From NCBI RefSeq assembly GCF_000023205.1, contig NC_012803.1, positions 450,001 to 482,000 on the forward strand: 32,000 nucleotides of DNA, given 5' to 3'. Each line of letters opens with the position of its first letter. Position 1 is the stretch's first letter. Below, piece by piece: positions 1-8,717 of the stretch. Source of the DNA: Micrococcus luteus NCTC 2665. Lineage in GTDB: Bacteria; Actinomycetota; Actinomycetes; Actinomycetales; Micrococcaceae. The notes under the pieces were generated by a model. It was not told where the DNA came from, searched no databases, and saw only the letters and a list, made by a program, of their open reading frames with translations. The position numbers were made by a program, and so were the translations under genes.

Positions 1-807
1 GCGGCGCATCTTGTCCTCGGAGATCTCCTTGTCCCGGAACGCGGACTCGATGTGCGCGAGCATCGCGTTGAGAGAGCGGGAGAGCCGGCCCACCTCGGTG
101 TCGGGCGCCGCGCTCTCCACGCGCTGGCTCAGGTCGCCGGCGGCGATCTTGGCGGCGGTGCGCTCCACGCGGTTCAGGGTGCGGAACGCGCGCTGGACCG
201 CCAGGTTGGCCACGATCACGGTGCCCGCCGTCGCGAGCAGGCCGATGGTCACGACGATCGAGGTGACGCGCTCGACGGAGGAGGTCACGCTCTGCAGGGG
301 AAGGGCCACGGCCATGGTGCCGTCGCCGCTGCTGAGCCCGTACAGCTGCACGCGCCAGCCGCTCGAGTCCGGCTGTGTGCCGGGCACCTCGAAGGAGGCG
401 GAGCCGCGCTCCAGGGCCTCGGCCGGGGTGATGTCCGGCAGGGCCGGCTCGTCCGCACCCGGCATCACCGGGGTCTGGACGACCCGCGCGCCCTCGTTGT
501 CCCACACGACGCCGTAGAAGCGCAGGATGGGCAGCTGCGGCATGTAGTACTCGCCGGTCTGGGCGACGTTGGCCAGGTACATCGAGACGGTGTCCCGGTT
601 GGCGGCCATGTCCTCGTCCAGCTGGCGCACCGCCTCCTGGCGGAACAGCACCGCGGTCGCCACGGCGGTGACGGCGACCAGGGCCAGCATGAGCGCCGCG
701 ATCATCACGACCAGCTTGGTGCGCAGGGACTGCCCCTGCCACGTGCCCCTCAGCCAGGCGCGCGGATGGCGGACGTGGGCCGCCGCGGCGTCGAGCCGCG
801 CACGCAC
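1..807 (-). CDS. Sensor histidine kinase, N-terminal part only (TM1, extracytoplasmic loop, TM2, HAMP linker). The gene continues beyond the left edge.
   Basis: Own translation of the minus strand in the frame ending at base 1. GTG at 807-805 lies 1 nt after the response-regulator stop (809-811). The product reads VRARLDAAAAHVRHPRAWLRGTWQGQSLRTKLVVMIAALMLALVAVTAVATAVLFRQ...SIVVTIGLLATAGTVIVANLAVQRAFRTLNRVERTAAKIAAGDLSQRVESAAPDTEVGRLSRSLNAMLAHIESAFRDKEISEDKMRR. It shows two hydrophobic helices followed by a HAMP-like P.TEVG.L..S.N.M segment. It is absent from the ORF track because it is open at the window edge. Confidence 0.8.
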   Translation of the reverse strand, partial: MRARLDAAAAHVRHPRAWLRGTWQGQSLRTKLVVMIAALMLALVAVTAVATAVLFRQEAVRQLDEDMAANRDTVSMYLANVAQTGEYYMPQLPILRFYGVVWDNEGARVVQTPVMPGADEPALPDITPAEALERGSASFEVPGTQPDSSGWRVQLYGLSSGDGTMAVALPLQSVTSSVERVTSIVVTIGLLATAGTVIVANLAVQRAFRTLNRVERTAAKIAAGDLSQRVESAAPDTEVGRLSRSLNAMLAHIESAFRDKEISEDKMRR

Positions 808-808
808 G

Positions 809-1519
809 TCAGCGCTTGTCCGCGGTGCGGAGCATGTAGCCGACGCCGCGCTTGGTGTGGATCATCTTCTCGTGGCCGCCGACGTCGATCTTGCGGCGCA
901 GGTAGGAGATGTAGGACTCGACGATCGAGGCGTCCCCGTTGAAGTCGTACTCCCACACGTGGTCCAGGATCTGGGCCTTCGAGAGCACCCGGTTCGGGTT
1001 CATCATGAGGTAGCGCAGCAGCTTGAACTCGGTGGGGGAGAGCTCCACGACCTCGCCGCCGCGGCGGACCTCGTGCGCGTCGTCGTCGAGCTCGAGATCG
1101 TCCACGCGCAGCACCGCCGCGTCGTCGTCGTCGAGGGAGGCAGTGCGGCGCAGCACGGCGCGGATGCGGGCGACCACCTCGTCGAGGGAGAACGGCTTGG
1201 TCACGTAGTCGTCGCCGCCGACCGTCAGGCCGGTGATCTTGTCCTCGGTGCCGTCCCGCGCGGTGAGGAACACGACGGGGAAGTGACGGCCGGCGGAGCG
1301 CAGGCGGCGGGTCACGGTGAAGCCGTCCATGTCCGGGAGCATCACGTCCAGCACGGCCAGGTCCGGCTGGAACTCCTCGGCGGCGTCCAGGGCCTCCCGG
1401 CCGTTGGCCGCGGCCGTGACCTCGAAGCCGGCGTAGCGCAGGGATGTGGAGAGCAGCTCGCGGATGTTGGGCTCGTCGTCCACCACCAGGAGGCGTGCTT
1501 CGGGGTTCTGAGGCTGCAT
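809..1519 (-). CDS. OmpR/PhoB-family response regulator (receiver domain plus winged-helix DNA-binding domain)
   Basis: 236-aa ORF. The receiver signature is LLVVDDEPNIRELL...DLAVLDVMLPDMDG...VVFLTARD...KITGLTVGGDDYVTKPF. The C-terminal trans_reg_C-like part is LSPTEFKLLRYLMMNPNRVLSKAQILDHVWEYDF...VESYISYLRRKID...IHTKRGVGYML. Confidence 0.92.
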   Translation of the reverse strand: MQPQNPEARLLVVDDEPNIRELLSTSLRYAGFEVTAAANGREALDAAEEFQPDLAVLDVMLPDMDGFTVTRRLRSAGRHFPVVFLTARDGTEDKITGLTVGGDDYVTKPFSLDEVVARIRAVLRRTASLDDDDAAVLRVDDLELDDDAHEVRRGGEVVELSPTEFKLLRYLMMNPNRVLSKAQILDHVWEYDFNGDASIVESYISYLRRKIDVGGHEKMIHTKRGVGYMLRTADKR

Positions 1520-1597
1520 GGGGCCCAGTCAACCGCTCTGACCTGGGAACACCCTGAAAGGGTGCTGGATGTCGCGGGGCGTCGTCGGCCCGGCGGC

Positions 1598-1861
1598 TCA
1601 GGGGCGCGAGCGTCGGACGGCACCCAGCACGACGTGCAGCAGCATCAGGCCGAAGCCGACGGGCAGGCCGAACAGCGCGAGCGCGAACAGCGCCGGGGAC
1701 GCCGGCCACGCCAGGAAGTACGCGACCAGCAGGACCACCAGGGCCAGAGCGGACACCGCCGTCACGGCCACGCCCAGCACCAGGACGACGCCACGACCGC
1801 CCCGGTGATCGGCGGGGTCGGCGGCGGGCGCGGAGGCGGGGAGGGTGGAGGTCCGAGGCAT
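1598..1861 (-). CDS. Small hypothetical membrane protein (2 predicted TM helices) upstream of the two-component operon
   Basis: Internal ATG at 1861 of the 1598..2092 ORF gives 87 aa: MPRTSTLPASAPAADPADHRGGRGVVLVLGVAVTAVSALALVVLLVAYFLAWPASPALFALALFGLPVGFGLMLLHVVLGAVRRSRP. The upstream part of the track ORF is Arg/Cys-rich and looks non-coding. No family was recognised. Confidence 0.45.
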   Translation of the reverse strand: MPRTSTLPASAPAADPADHRGGRGVVLVLGVAVTAVSALALVVLLVAYFLAWPASPALFALALFGLPVGFGLMLLHVVLGAVRRSRP

Positions 1862-2072
1862 GCCTGCCACTCTAGTCGGGCTATCCTGGGAGGTCATTGA
1901 CGACCACGTCCTCCGCCGTACCCTCCGGGCGCACGGCCAGGCTGGTCCCACCGATGCCGCGGCGCACCGCCACGCCGGTGCCGGACCCCGCCGACCCGAG
2001 ACGAGAGCACGGCCGCCCCTGCGGCGCCGGCCCGACGCGGAGGACCCACATGACGAGGAGCAGGTGACGCAC

Positions 2073-2456
2073 ATGCCCACCGGACGCATCAAGTTCTACG
2101 ACTCGACCAAGGGCTTCGGGTTCGCCCAGACGGACGAGGGCGAGGAGGTCCACGTGCCCGCCTCGGCCCTGCCGGCCGGGGTGACCGAGCTGCGCGGAGG
2201 CACCCGCGTGGAGTTCGGCGTGGCCGAGGGCCGCCGCGGCAAGCAGGCGCTCTCGCTGCGCGTGCTCGACGCCGCGCCCTCGGTGGTCCGCAACCACCGG
2301 CCGGGCGCCACCGAGATGGCCGTCCTCATGGAGGACCTCATCACGTGGCTGGACCAGGCCTCCAACGGCCTGCGCCGCGGCCGCTACCCCCAGCGCGCCC
2401 AGGCGCAGAAGATGGCGCAGGTGCTGCGCCGTGTCGCCGACGACCTGGAGGCCTGA
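2073..2456 (+). CDS. Cold-shock domain protein with a C-terminal extension
   Basis: ATG at 2073 is preceded by GAGGAG (2055-2060). The N-terminus MPTGRIKFYDSTKGFGFAQTDEGEEVHVPASAL carries the RNP1-like KGFGF motif of CspA-family proteins. A roughly 60-aa helical tail follows. The upstream 76 codons of the track ORF were rejected. Confidence 0.85.
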   Translation: MPTGRIKFYDSTKGFGFAQTDEGEEVHVPASALPAGVTELRGGTRVEFGVAEGRRGKQALSLRVLDAAPSVVRNHRPGATEMAVLMEDLITWLDQASNGLRRGRYPQRAQAQKMAQVLRRVADDLEA

Positions 2457-2459
2457 GCC

Positions 2460-2963
2460 ATGACCACCCACGAGGACGCCCCGCGCGTCGACCACCGGAG
2501 CCCCGACGCCGAGCCCACGCCCGCCGAGGAGAGGACGGCCGTGCCGCCCGCGCGTCGCCGGGCCCCGCGCCGCGACGAGCTGCTCGCCGCCGCCGTGGAC
2601 GCCGCCCGCGCGGGGCTGGATGGGCTGGCCGCCCCGGACGAGGTGGGGGAGCACGTGGACGTGCTCGTGGACGACGACCGCCTCCTGACCCACCGCTTCG
2701 CATGCCGCCTGCCCGGCTACGCGGGCTGGCTCTGGTACGTGACGATCGCCCGTGCCCCGCGTGCCAAGCAGGTCACCGTGTGCGAGACCGGCCTCATGGC
2801 GGGGGAGGGCTCGCTCGTGGCACCCCCGTGGGTGCCGTACGCCGAGCGCGTGAACGAGGAGGAGCGCGAGCGGCTGAAGGCCGTGGCCGAGGGCCGCGTG
2901 CCCGGCGCCCCGGCGCCCGAGGCCGAGGGGGACGGGACGCTCGGGGCCGCGGCCCTCGGCTGA
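2460..2963 (+). CDS. DUF3027-like protein (conserved actinobacterial partner of the cold-shock gene)
   Basis: Starts 3 nt after the csp stop. The central block FACRLPGYAGWLWYVTIARAPRAKQVTVCETGLMAGEGSLVAPPWVPYAERV matches my recollection of DUF3027 proteins, which typically follow csp genes in Actinobacteria. Family assignment is from memory and was not searched. Confidence 0.6.
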   Translation: MTTHEDAPRVDHRSPDAEPTPAEERTAVPPARRRAPRRDELLAAAVDAARAGLDGLAAPDEVGEHVDVLVDDDRLLTHRFACRLPGYAGWLWYVTIARAPRAKQVTVCETGLMAGEGSLVAPPWVPYAERVNEEERERLKAVAEGRVPGAPAPEAEGDGTLGAAALG

Positions 2964-2969
2964 CCCGGC

Positions 2970-4172
<1,203 letters not shown>

Positions 4173-4225
4173 TCACGCCTCGCTAGGATGTCCGGGACGA
4201 AGAGCCCGAGGGAAGAGGACGCGCC

Positions 4226-4948
4226 ATGACGGATCTGATCGACACCACCGAGATGTACCTGCGCACGATCCTCGAGCTCGAGGAGGAGGGCATCCCCCCG
4301 CTGCGCGCCCGCATCGTCGAGCGACTGGAGCACTCCGGACCCACCGTCTCCCAGACCGTGGCCCGCATGGAGCGGGACGGGCTGGTGCACGTGGGCACGG
4401 ACCGTCGGCTGGAGCTGACCGTGGCGGGCCGTGAGCGGGCCGTGTCCGTGCTGCGCAAGCACCGCCTGGCCGAGCGCCTGCTCGCGGACGTGATCGGCCT
4501 CGAGTGGGAACTCGTCCACGAGGAGGCCTGCCGCTGGGAGCACGTGATGAGCGACCAGGTGGAGCGCCGCCTGCTCACGCTGCTGGAGAACCCCACCGAG
4601 ACCCCCTACGGCACCCCGATCCCGCCCCGGCCCGAGCAGGCCTCCGCCGAGGACTGGAGCCGCGACATGGGCCTGGCGGGCACCCGGCTCTCCGAGGAGG
4701 CCGCCACCGCCGGCCGGTTCCGCGTCCGCGGGCTGGCCGAGGGCGTGCAGACCGATCCCGAGCTGCTGGCCCAGCTGGCCCGCGCCGGCGTGACCCCTGG
4801 CCGCGTGGTGCGTGCCGAGGCCGCCCGCGACGCCGGGTACATCCGGGTCGAGGGCGAGGCGGAGGACGGCGCGGCCGCGGACGGCGGGGCCCTCGAGCTG
4901 GCCGCGACCACGGCCGCGCACGTGTGGGTCGAGCGCCTCGACGGCTGA
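4226..4948 (+). CDS. ideR: Iron-dependent repressor of the DtxR/IdeR family with an SH3-like C-terminal domain
   Basis: The N-terminus MTDLIDTTEMYLRTILELEEEGIPPLRARIVERLEHSGPTVSQTVARMERDGLV is nearly identical in pattern to mycobacterial IdeR as I remember it. The metal ligands sit at the canonical positions: M10, H79, E83, H98, C102, E105, H106 (KHRLAERLL...VHEEACRWEHVMS). This is the Cys-containing iron type rather than the Mn type. Confidence 0.85.
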   Translation: MTDLIDTTEMYLRTILELEEEGIPPLRARIVERLEHSGPTVSQTVARMERDGLVHVGTDRRLELTVAGRERAVSVLRKHRLAERLLADVIGLEWELVHEEACRWEHVMSDQVERRLLTLLENPTETPYGTPIPPRPEQASAEDWSRDMGLAGTRLSEEAATAGRFRVRGLAEGVQTDPELLAQLARAGVTPGRVVRAEAARDAGYIRVEGEAEDGAAADGGALELAATTAAHVWVERLDG

Positions 4949-5059
4949 AACGCGGCGCGCCGCCATCGTGCGTGACGGGGGCGTGATGGCCCGGTGACGG
5001 GCCGGTGAACCTCTTCCGCCGCCGCAGGCGACACGCGGCGTGCCGCGGCGCCTGCGCCT

Positions 5060-5095
5060 AGCGTGGGGACACGACGCCCCCTGTGTCCCCACGCT
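5060..5095. terminator. 13-bp perfect stem-loop (AGCGTGGGGACAC / GTGTCCCCACGCT, 10-nt loop) between ideR and the HNH gene
   Basis: Read directly: left arm 5060-5072, right arm 5083-5095. It lies 112 nt after the ideR stop and ends 4 nt before the GAGG (5099-5102) that precedes the HNH ATG. No U-tract is present. Confidence 0.4.
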
Positions 5096-5108
5096 CTCGA
5101 GGCCCCCG

Positions 5109-5603
5109 ATGCGCACACTCGTCCTCAACGCCGGCTATGAACCCCTCTCGGTCGTCTCCGACCGCCGGGCACTGCTGCTCGTGGCCACCGGCAAGGCGAG
5201 CGTGCTCGAGGACGCCGGGGACCCGATGCGCAGTCCCACCCGCGCGTGGGGTCGGCCCCTCGTGATCCTGCTGCACCAGTACATCCGGGTGCCCCACACG
5301 GATGCGACCCCGGTCTCCCGCAAGGGCGTGCTGCGCCGGGACGGACACCGCTGCGCCTACTGCGGCGCCCCCGCCACCACCGTGGACCACGTGCGGCCGC
5401 GCTCGCGGGGCGGTGAGAACACGTGGGAGAACCTCGTGGCCTGCTGCCTGCGCTGCAACGGGGCGAAGGCGGACCGCTCGCTCGAGGCCCTGGGCTGGCG
5501 GCTGCGGGTGGAGCCGGTGCGCCCGCGCGGGGCCCAGTGGCGGATCCGCGAGCTGGAGCGGCCCGCCGAGGCGTGGCGGGGCTACCTGCGCCTGGCGGCC
5601 TGA
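5109..5603 (+). CDS. Small HNH endonuclease-family protein
   Basis: MRTLVLNAGYEPLSVVS...RKGVLRRDGHRCAYCGAPATTVDHVRPRSRGGENTWENLVACCLRCNGAKADR shows the CxxC...DH...N...CxxCN HNH signature. The start is the internal ATG at 5109, preceded by GAGG. Confidence 0.8.
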   Translation: MRTLVLNAGYEPLSVVSDRRALLLVATGKASVLEDAGDPMRSPTRAWGRPLVILLHQYIRVPHTDATPVSRKGVLRRDGHRCAYCGAPATTVDHVRPRSRGGENTWENLVACCLRCNGAKADRSLEALGWRLRVEPVRPRGAQWRIRELERPAEAWRGYLRLAA

Positions 5604-5679
5604 TGCCGGAAGCGGAATCGCGCCCGCCCGTGCCCGGCGGTTCCTAGACTCTCGAACGGTCGAGAGAGCGGAGGGGCCC

Positions 5680-7548
5680 ATGAGCATGGAGTCGGCGGCA
5701 CGGATGTCCATGATGCGGATGACCCGCGGGCAGTCCGACGCCCAGCAGAGGCTCGCCCGCGGCACGGTGCGCCGGACCATCGCGTTCGCGGGCCGGTACC
5801 GCACCCGCCTGATCGTGTTCGTCGCGGCGTCCATCGTGGGCGCGGTGCTCGGCGTGGCCTCGCCCGTGTTGGCCGGCGACGTCGTCAACGCGATCACCGG
5901 TGGCGCGGACCGCGGGCTCGTGGTGCGGCTGGCCCTGCTGATCGCCCTCGTGGCCGTGCTCGACGCGGCGCTGTCCGTGTTCACCAAGTGGCTCTCCGCC
6001 GGGCTGGGGGAACGCGTCATCTACGACCTGCGCACCGCCGTGTTCGACCACGTACAGCGCATGCCGGTGGCGTTCTTCCAGCGCACCCGCACCGGCGCGC
6101 TCGTCTCGCGCCTGAACAACGACGTGATCGGGGCGCAGTCGGCGATCTCGCGGACGCTCTCCGGCGTCGTCGCGAACGTGGTGTCCGTGGCGCTGACCCT
6201 GGGGGTGATGGTGGCCACCAGCTGGCAGGTCACCGTCCTGTCCCTCGTGATGCTGCCGCTGTTCCTGGTGCCGGCCCGGGCGGTCGGCTCGAAGCTGGCG
6301 GGCCTGTCCCGCGAACGGGCCGGGCACAACGCGGCCATGGGCGACCAGATGACCGAGCGGTTCTCCGCTCCCGGCGCCACGCTCATCAAGCTCTTCGGCC
6401 GCCCCGCCGCCGAGTCCGCCGAGTTCGCCCGCCGTGCCGACCGCGTGCGCGCCACCGGCGTGGACATCTCCGTGCGCCAGGCGGTCTTCACCACGCTGCT
6501 CACCCTGGTCTCCGCGCTCGCGCTCGCGGCCGTGTACGGCGTGGGCGGGCTCCAGGCGATCGCGGGCACCCTCGACGCCGGCGACGTCGTCACCCTCGCC
6601 CTCCTGCTGACCCGCCTCTACGCGCCCCTGACCGCGCTGGCGAACGCCCGCGTGGAGATCATGAGCGCGCTCGTGAGCTTCGAGCGCGTGTTCGAGGTCC
6701 TGGACCTGGAGCCGCTCATCACGGAGCCCGCGCGGCCCGCGGCCCTGCCGGAGGGGCCCCTGTCCGTGCGGCTGCGGGACGTGCGCTTCGCCTACCCCAC
6801 CGCGGAGCAGGTGTCCCTGGCCTCCCTCGAGGAGGTCGCGGTGCTGGACTCACGCGGCGGCGAGGAGGTGCTGCACGGGATCGACGTGGCCGTGCCCGCC
6901 GGGGCCACCGTGGCCCTCGTGGGCTCCTCGGGTGCGGGCAAGTCCACCATCGCCTCGCTCGTCACGCGCCTGCACGACGTCACCTCCGGCGCCGTCGAGA
7001 TCGGCGGCGTGGACGTGCGGGACCTCGCGTTCGCGGACCTGCAGCGGGCCGTGGGCATGGTGACCCAGGACGGCCACCTCTTCCACGAGACCGTGCGTGC
7101 CAACCTGACGCTCGCCCGCCCCGACGCGACGGACGAGCAGCTGTGGGACGCCGTGGAGCGCGCCCGCCTGCGCCCCGTGGTCGAGGCGCTGCCGGACGGG
7201 CTGGACACCGTGGTCGGCGAGCGCGGCTACCGCCTCTCCGGCGGCGAGCGGCAGCGCATGACGATCGCGCGGCTGCTGCTGGCGGCCCCGCGCGTCGTGG
7301 TGCTGGACGAGGCGACCGCGGCGCTGGACTCCACCAATGAACGCGCCATCCAGGAGGCGCTGGGGGAGGCGCTGGCCGGGCGGACCGCGATCGTGATCGC
7401 GCACCGGCTCTCCACCGTCCGCAGTGCGGACGAGATCCTCGTGGTCGAGGCCGGGCGGATCGTGGAGCGCGGCACGCACACCGCTCTGCTCGCGGCGGAC
7501 GGACGGTACGCGGAGCTCTACACCACGCAGTTCGCCGACGCGGAGTGA
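5680..7548 (+). CDS. ABC exporter, fused permease plus ATPase (type I exporter half-transporter)
   Basis: ATG at 5680 is preceded by GAGCGGAGGGG. A six-helix TMD (RLIVFVAASIVGAVLGV...) is followed by an NBD with Walker A GSSGAGKST, signature LSGGERQR and Walker B VVVLDEATAALD. The upstream 126 codons of the track ORF (5302) are Arg/Ala-rich shadow sequence. Confidence 0.88.
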   Translation: MSMESAARMSMMRMTRGQSDAQQRLARGTVRRTIAFAGRYRTRLIVFVAASIVGAVLGVASPVLAGDVVNAITGGADRGLVVRLALLIALVAVLDAALSVFTKWLSAGLGERVIYDLRTAVFDHVQRMPVAFFQRTRTGALVSRLNNDVIGAQSAISRTLSGVVANVVSVALTLGVMVATSWQVTVLSLVMLPLFLVPARAVGSKLAGLSRERAGHNAAMGDQMTERFSAPGATLIKLFGRPAAESAEFARRADRVRATGVDISVRQAVFTTLLTLVSALALAAVYGVGGLQAIAGTLDAGDVVTLALLLTRLYAPLTALANARVEIMSALVSFERVFEVLDLEPLITEPARPAALPEGPLSVRLRDVRFAYPTAEQVSLASLEEVAVLDSRGGEEVLHGIDVAVPAGATVALVGSSGAGKSTIASLVTRLHDVTSGAVEIGGVDVRDLAFADLQRAVGMVTQDGHLFHETVRANLTLARPDATDEQLWDAVERARLRPVVEALPDGLDTVVGERGYRLSGGERQRMTIARLLLAAPRVVVLDEATAALDSTNERAIQEALGEALAGRTAIVIAHRLSTVRSADEILVVEAGRIVERGTHTALLAADGRYAELYTTQFADAE

Positions 7549-7570
7549 GGGGCGGGCAGTTTCACGGGAC

Positions 7571-7640
7571 GTTCAGAATGTCCGAATGTTCATGAAAACT
7601 GAATGTTCAGGATAGATGAACATCGCGCTATAGTGGTCAC
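7571..7640 (+). promoter_or_regulatory. AT-rich repeat-bearing leader with a candidate leaderless promoter for the 7641 gene
   Basis: GAATGTTCA occurs at 7584-7592 and 7601-7609 as direct copies 17 bp apart. An inverted TGAACAT lies at 7617-7623 and a related GTTCAGAATGT at 7571-7581. TTCATGAA (7589-7596) is an 8-bp palindrome. TATAGT (7629-7634) fits the actinobacterial -10 pattern TANNNT and ends 6 nt before the A of the ATG at 7641. No Shine-Dalgarno sequence is present. Confidence 0.45.
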
Positions 7641-8657
7641 ATGAAGTGGCGGACGCCCGGGCCGGCGGAGTTGGCCCCGTACATCAGGGCACTGGACTCG
7701 ATAGGAGCGGACAGCGACCCGCCCGGCGAGGCCGCCCTCCTGCCGGACGGAAGCCGGCGGAAGCTGGCGCTGTGGGGTGATGTCGACGCCGTGGACCCGC
7801 GAGCCGAGGCGGTCGGACTGCTGGAGGAGCTCGATCGCCTGGACGGCGCCCAGGATTTCCTGGTCCTGGTGCCGACGGTGGACGCCGCCCTCGGTCACCG
7901 CCTGCGTGAGCGGGGCGTCGCCTATCTGGACTCCCATGGCAATGCCCGCATCCATGCATCGGGACTCCACGTCCACGTCGAAGGCCGCCGGTCGAGTCCG
8001 GCGAGGCGTCGGCCACGACGCGGCGGAGGGACCCCCGGCGCCCGCTCCGGTGCACTGAGCACGCCCGCCGGCCTGCGGGTGGTGTTCGCACTGTTGGAGG
8101 TCCCTGACCTGCGGCGCTCCACGGTCCGCGACATCGCGGGGGCCGCCCTGGTCTCCATAGGAACCGCTCAACAGGTCCTCCGCGTGATGCGGGACGAGGA
8201 GTATCTCCGGGACACAGCCGTACCGGCGCGCTCGCTGGGGCGCAGAGGAGACCTGGTCAGGCTGTGGGCCATCGGCTACCGGGAGCGGTTGGTGCGTACC
8301 CTGGAATCCCGGTTCATGACGGCGCCGGGCGCCGTGGCCGACCTCGTGGAGACCTTGCGCGGCGACGTGGGAGTGACGATGGCAGGCGACGCACTGGCCC
8401 CGGTGATCAGGAACGGGACCGGAGTGGTGGTCTTCGGAGAGCCGCCGTGGGGCGCCGCCATCCGGGCCGGCCGACTGCGTGCCGCGGTGGAGCAGACTGA
8501 GGTCGTGTTGCGACAGCGGTTCTGGGACGAGACCGCCCTGCGACTCGGACCACTGGCGCCTCCGCTCCTGGTGGGGGCCGAGCTGCTCTGCACTTCCGAC
8601 CCGCGGCTGCGCGAGGCCGGGGAGCAGATGGTCGCCGATGAGGCGCGCCGTGACTGA
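7641..8657 (+). CDS. Winged-HTH protein, AbiEi-like (type IV TA antitoxin/regulator family) with an extra N-terminal domain and an Arg-rich linker
   Basis: 338 aa. The central wHTH-like segment is GLRVVFALLEVPDLRRSTVRDIAGAALVSIGTAQQVLRVMRDEEYLRD. The C-terminal block PLAPPLLVGAELLCTSDPRLREAGEQMV resembles the conserved tail (..PLL.YADLL..GD.R..E.A..) that I recall for AbiEi_3-type antitoxins. Residues 1-115 form a separate alpha/beta-looking domain, followed by GRRSSPARRRPRRGGGTPGARSG. Family assignment is from memory. Confidence 0.5.
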   Translation: MKWRTPGPAELAPYIRALDSIGADSDPPGEAALLPDGSRRKLALWGDVDAVDPRAEAVGLLEELDRLDGAQDFLVLVPTVDAALGHRLRERGVAYLDSHGNARIHASGLHVHVEGRRSSPARRRPRRGGGTPGARSGALSTPAGLRVVFALLEVPDLRRSTVRDIAGAALVSIGTAQQVLRVMRDEEYLRDTAVPARSLGRRGDLVRLWAIGYRERLVRTLESRFMTAPGAVADLVETLRGDVGVTMAGDALAPVIRNGTGVVVFGEPPWGAAIRAGRLRAAVEQTEVVLRQRFWDETALRLGPLAPPLLVGAELLCTSDPRLREAGEQMVADEARRD

Positions 8658-8717
8658 CCCCTCGGGGACATCCTCCCGCAGCTCCGCTCCGTCTCGAATC
8701 GGCTTCAGTCCGAACTG

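Noticed and set aside
1-942. Plus-strand ORFs 11..517 and 52..942
   Set aside because: They are antisense to the histidine-kinase N-terminus, whose TM/HAMP features are clear on the minus strand. Their translations are Arg/Ala/Gly-rich with no motifs.
5302-5679. Upstream extension of the ABC exporter ORF (track start 5302)
   Set aside because: The extension overlaps the HNH gene in another frame and translates to low-complexity Arg/Ala/Gly sequence. A good RBS plus ATG at 5680 immediately precedes the first recognisable transporter sequence.
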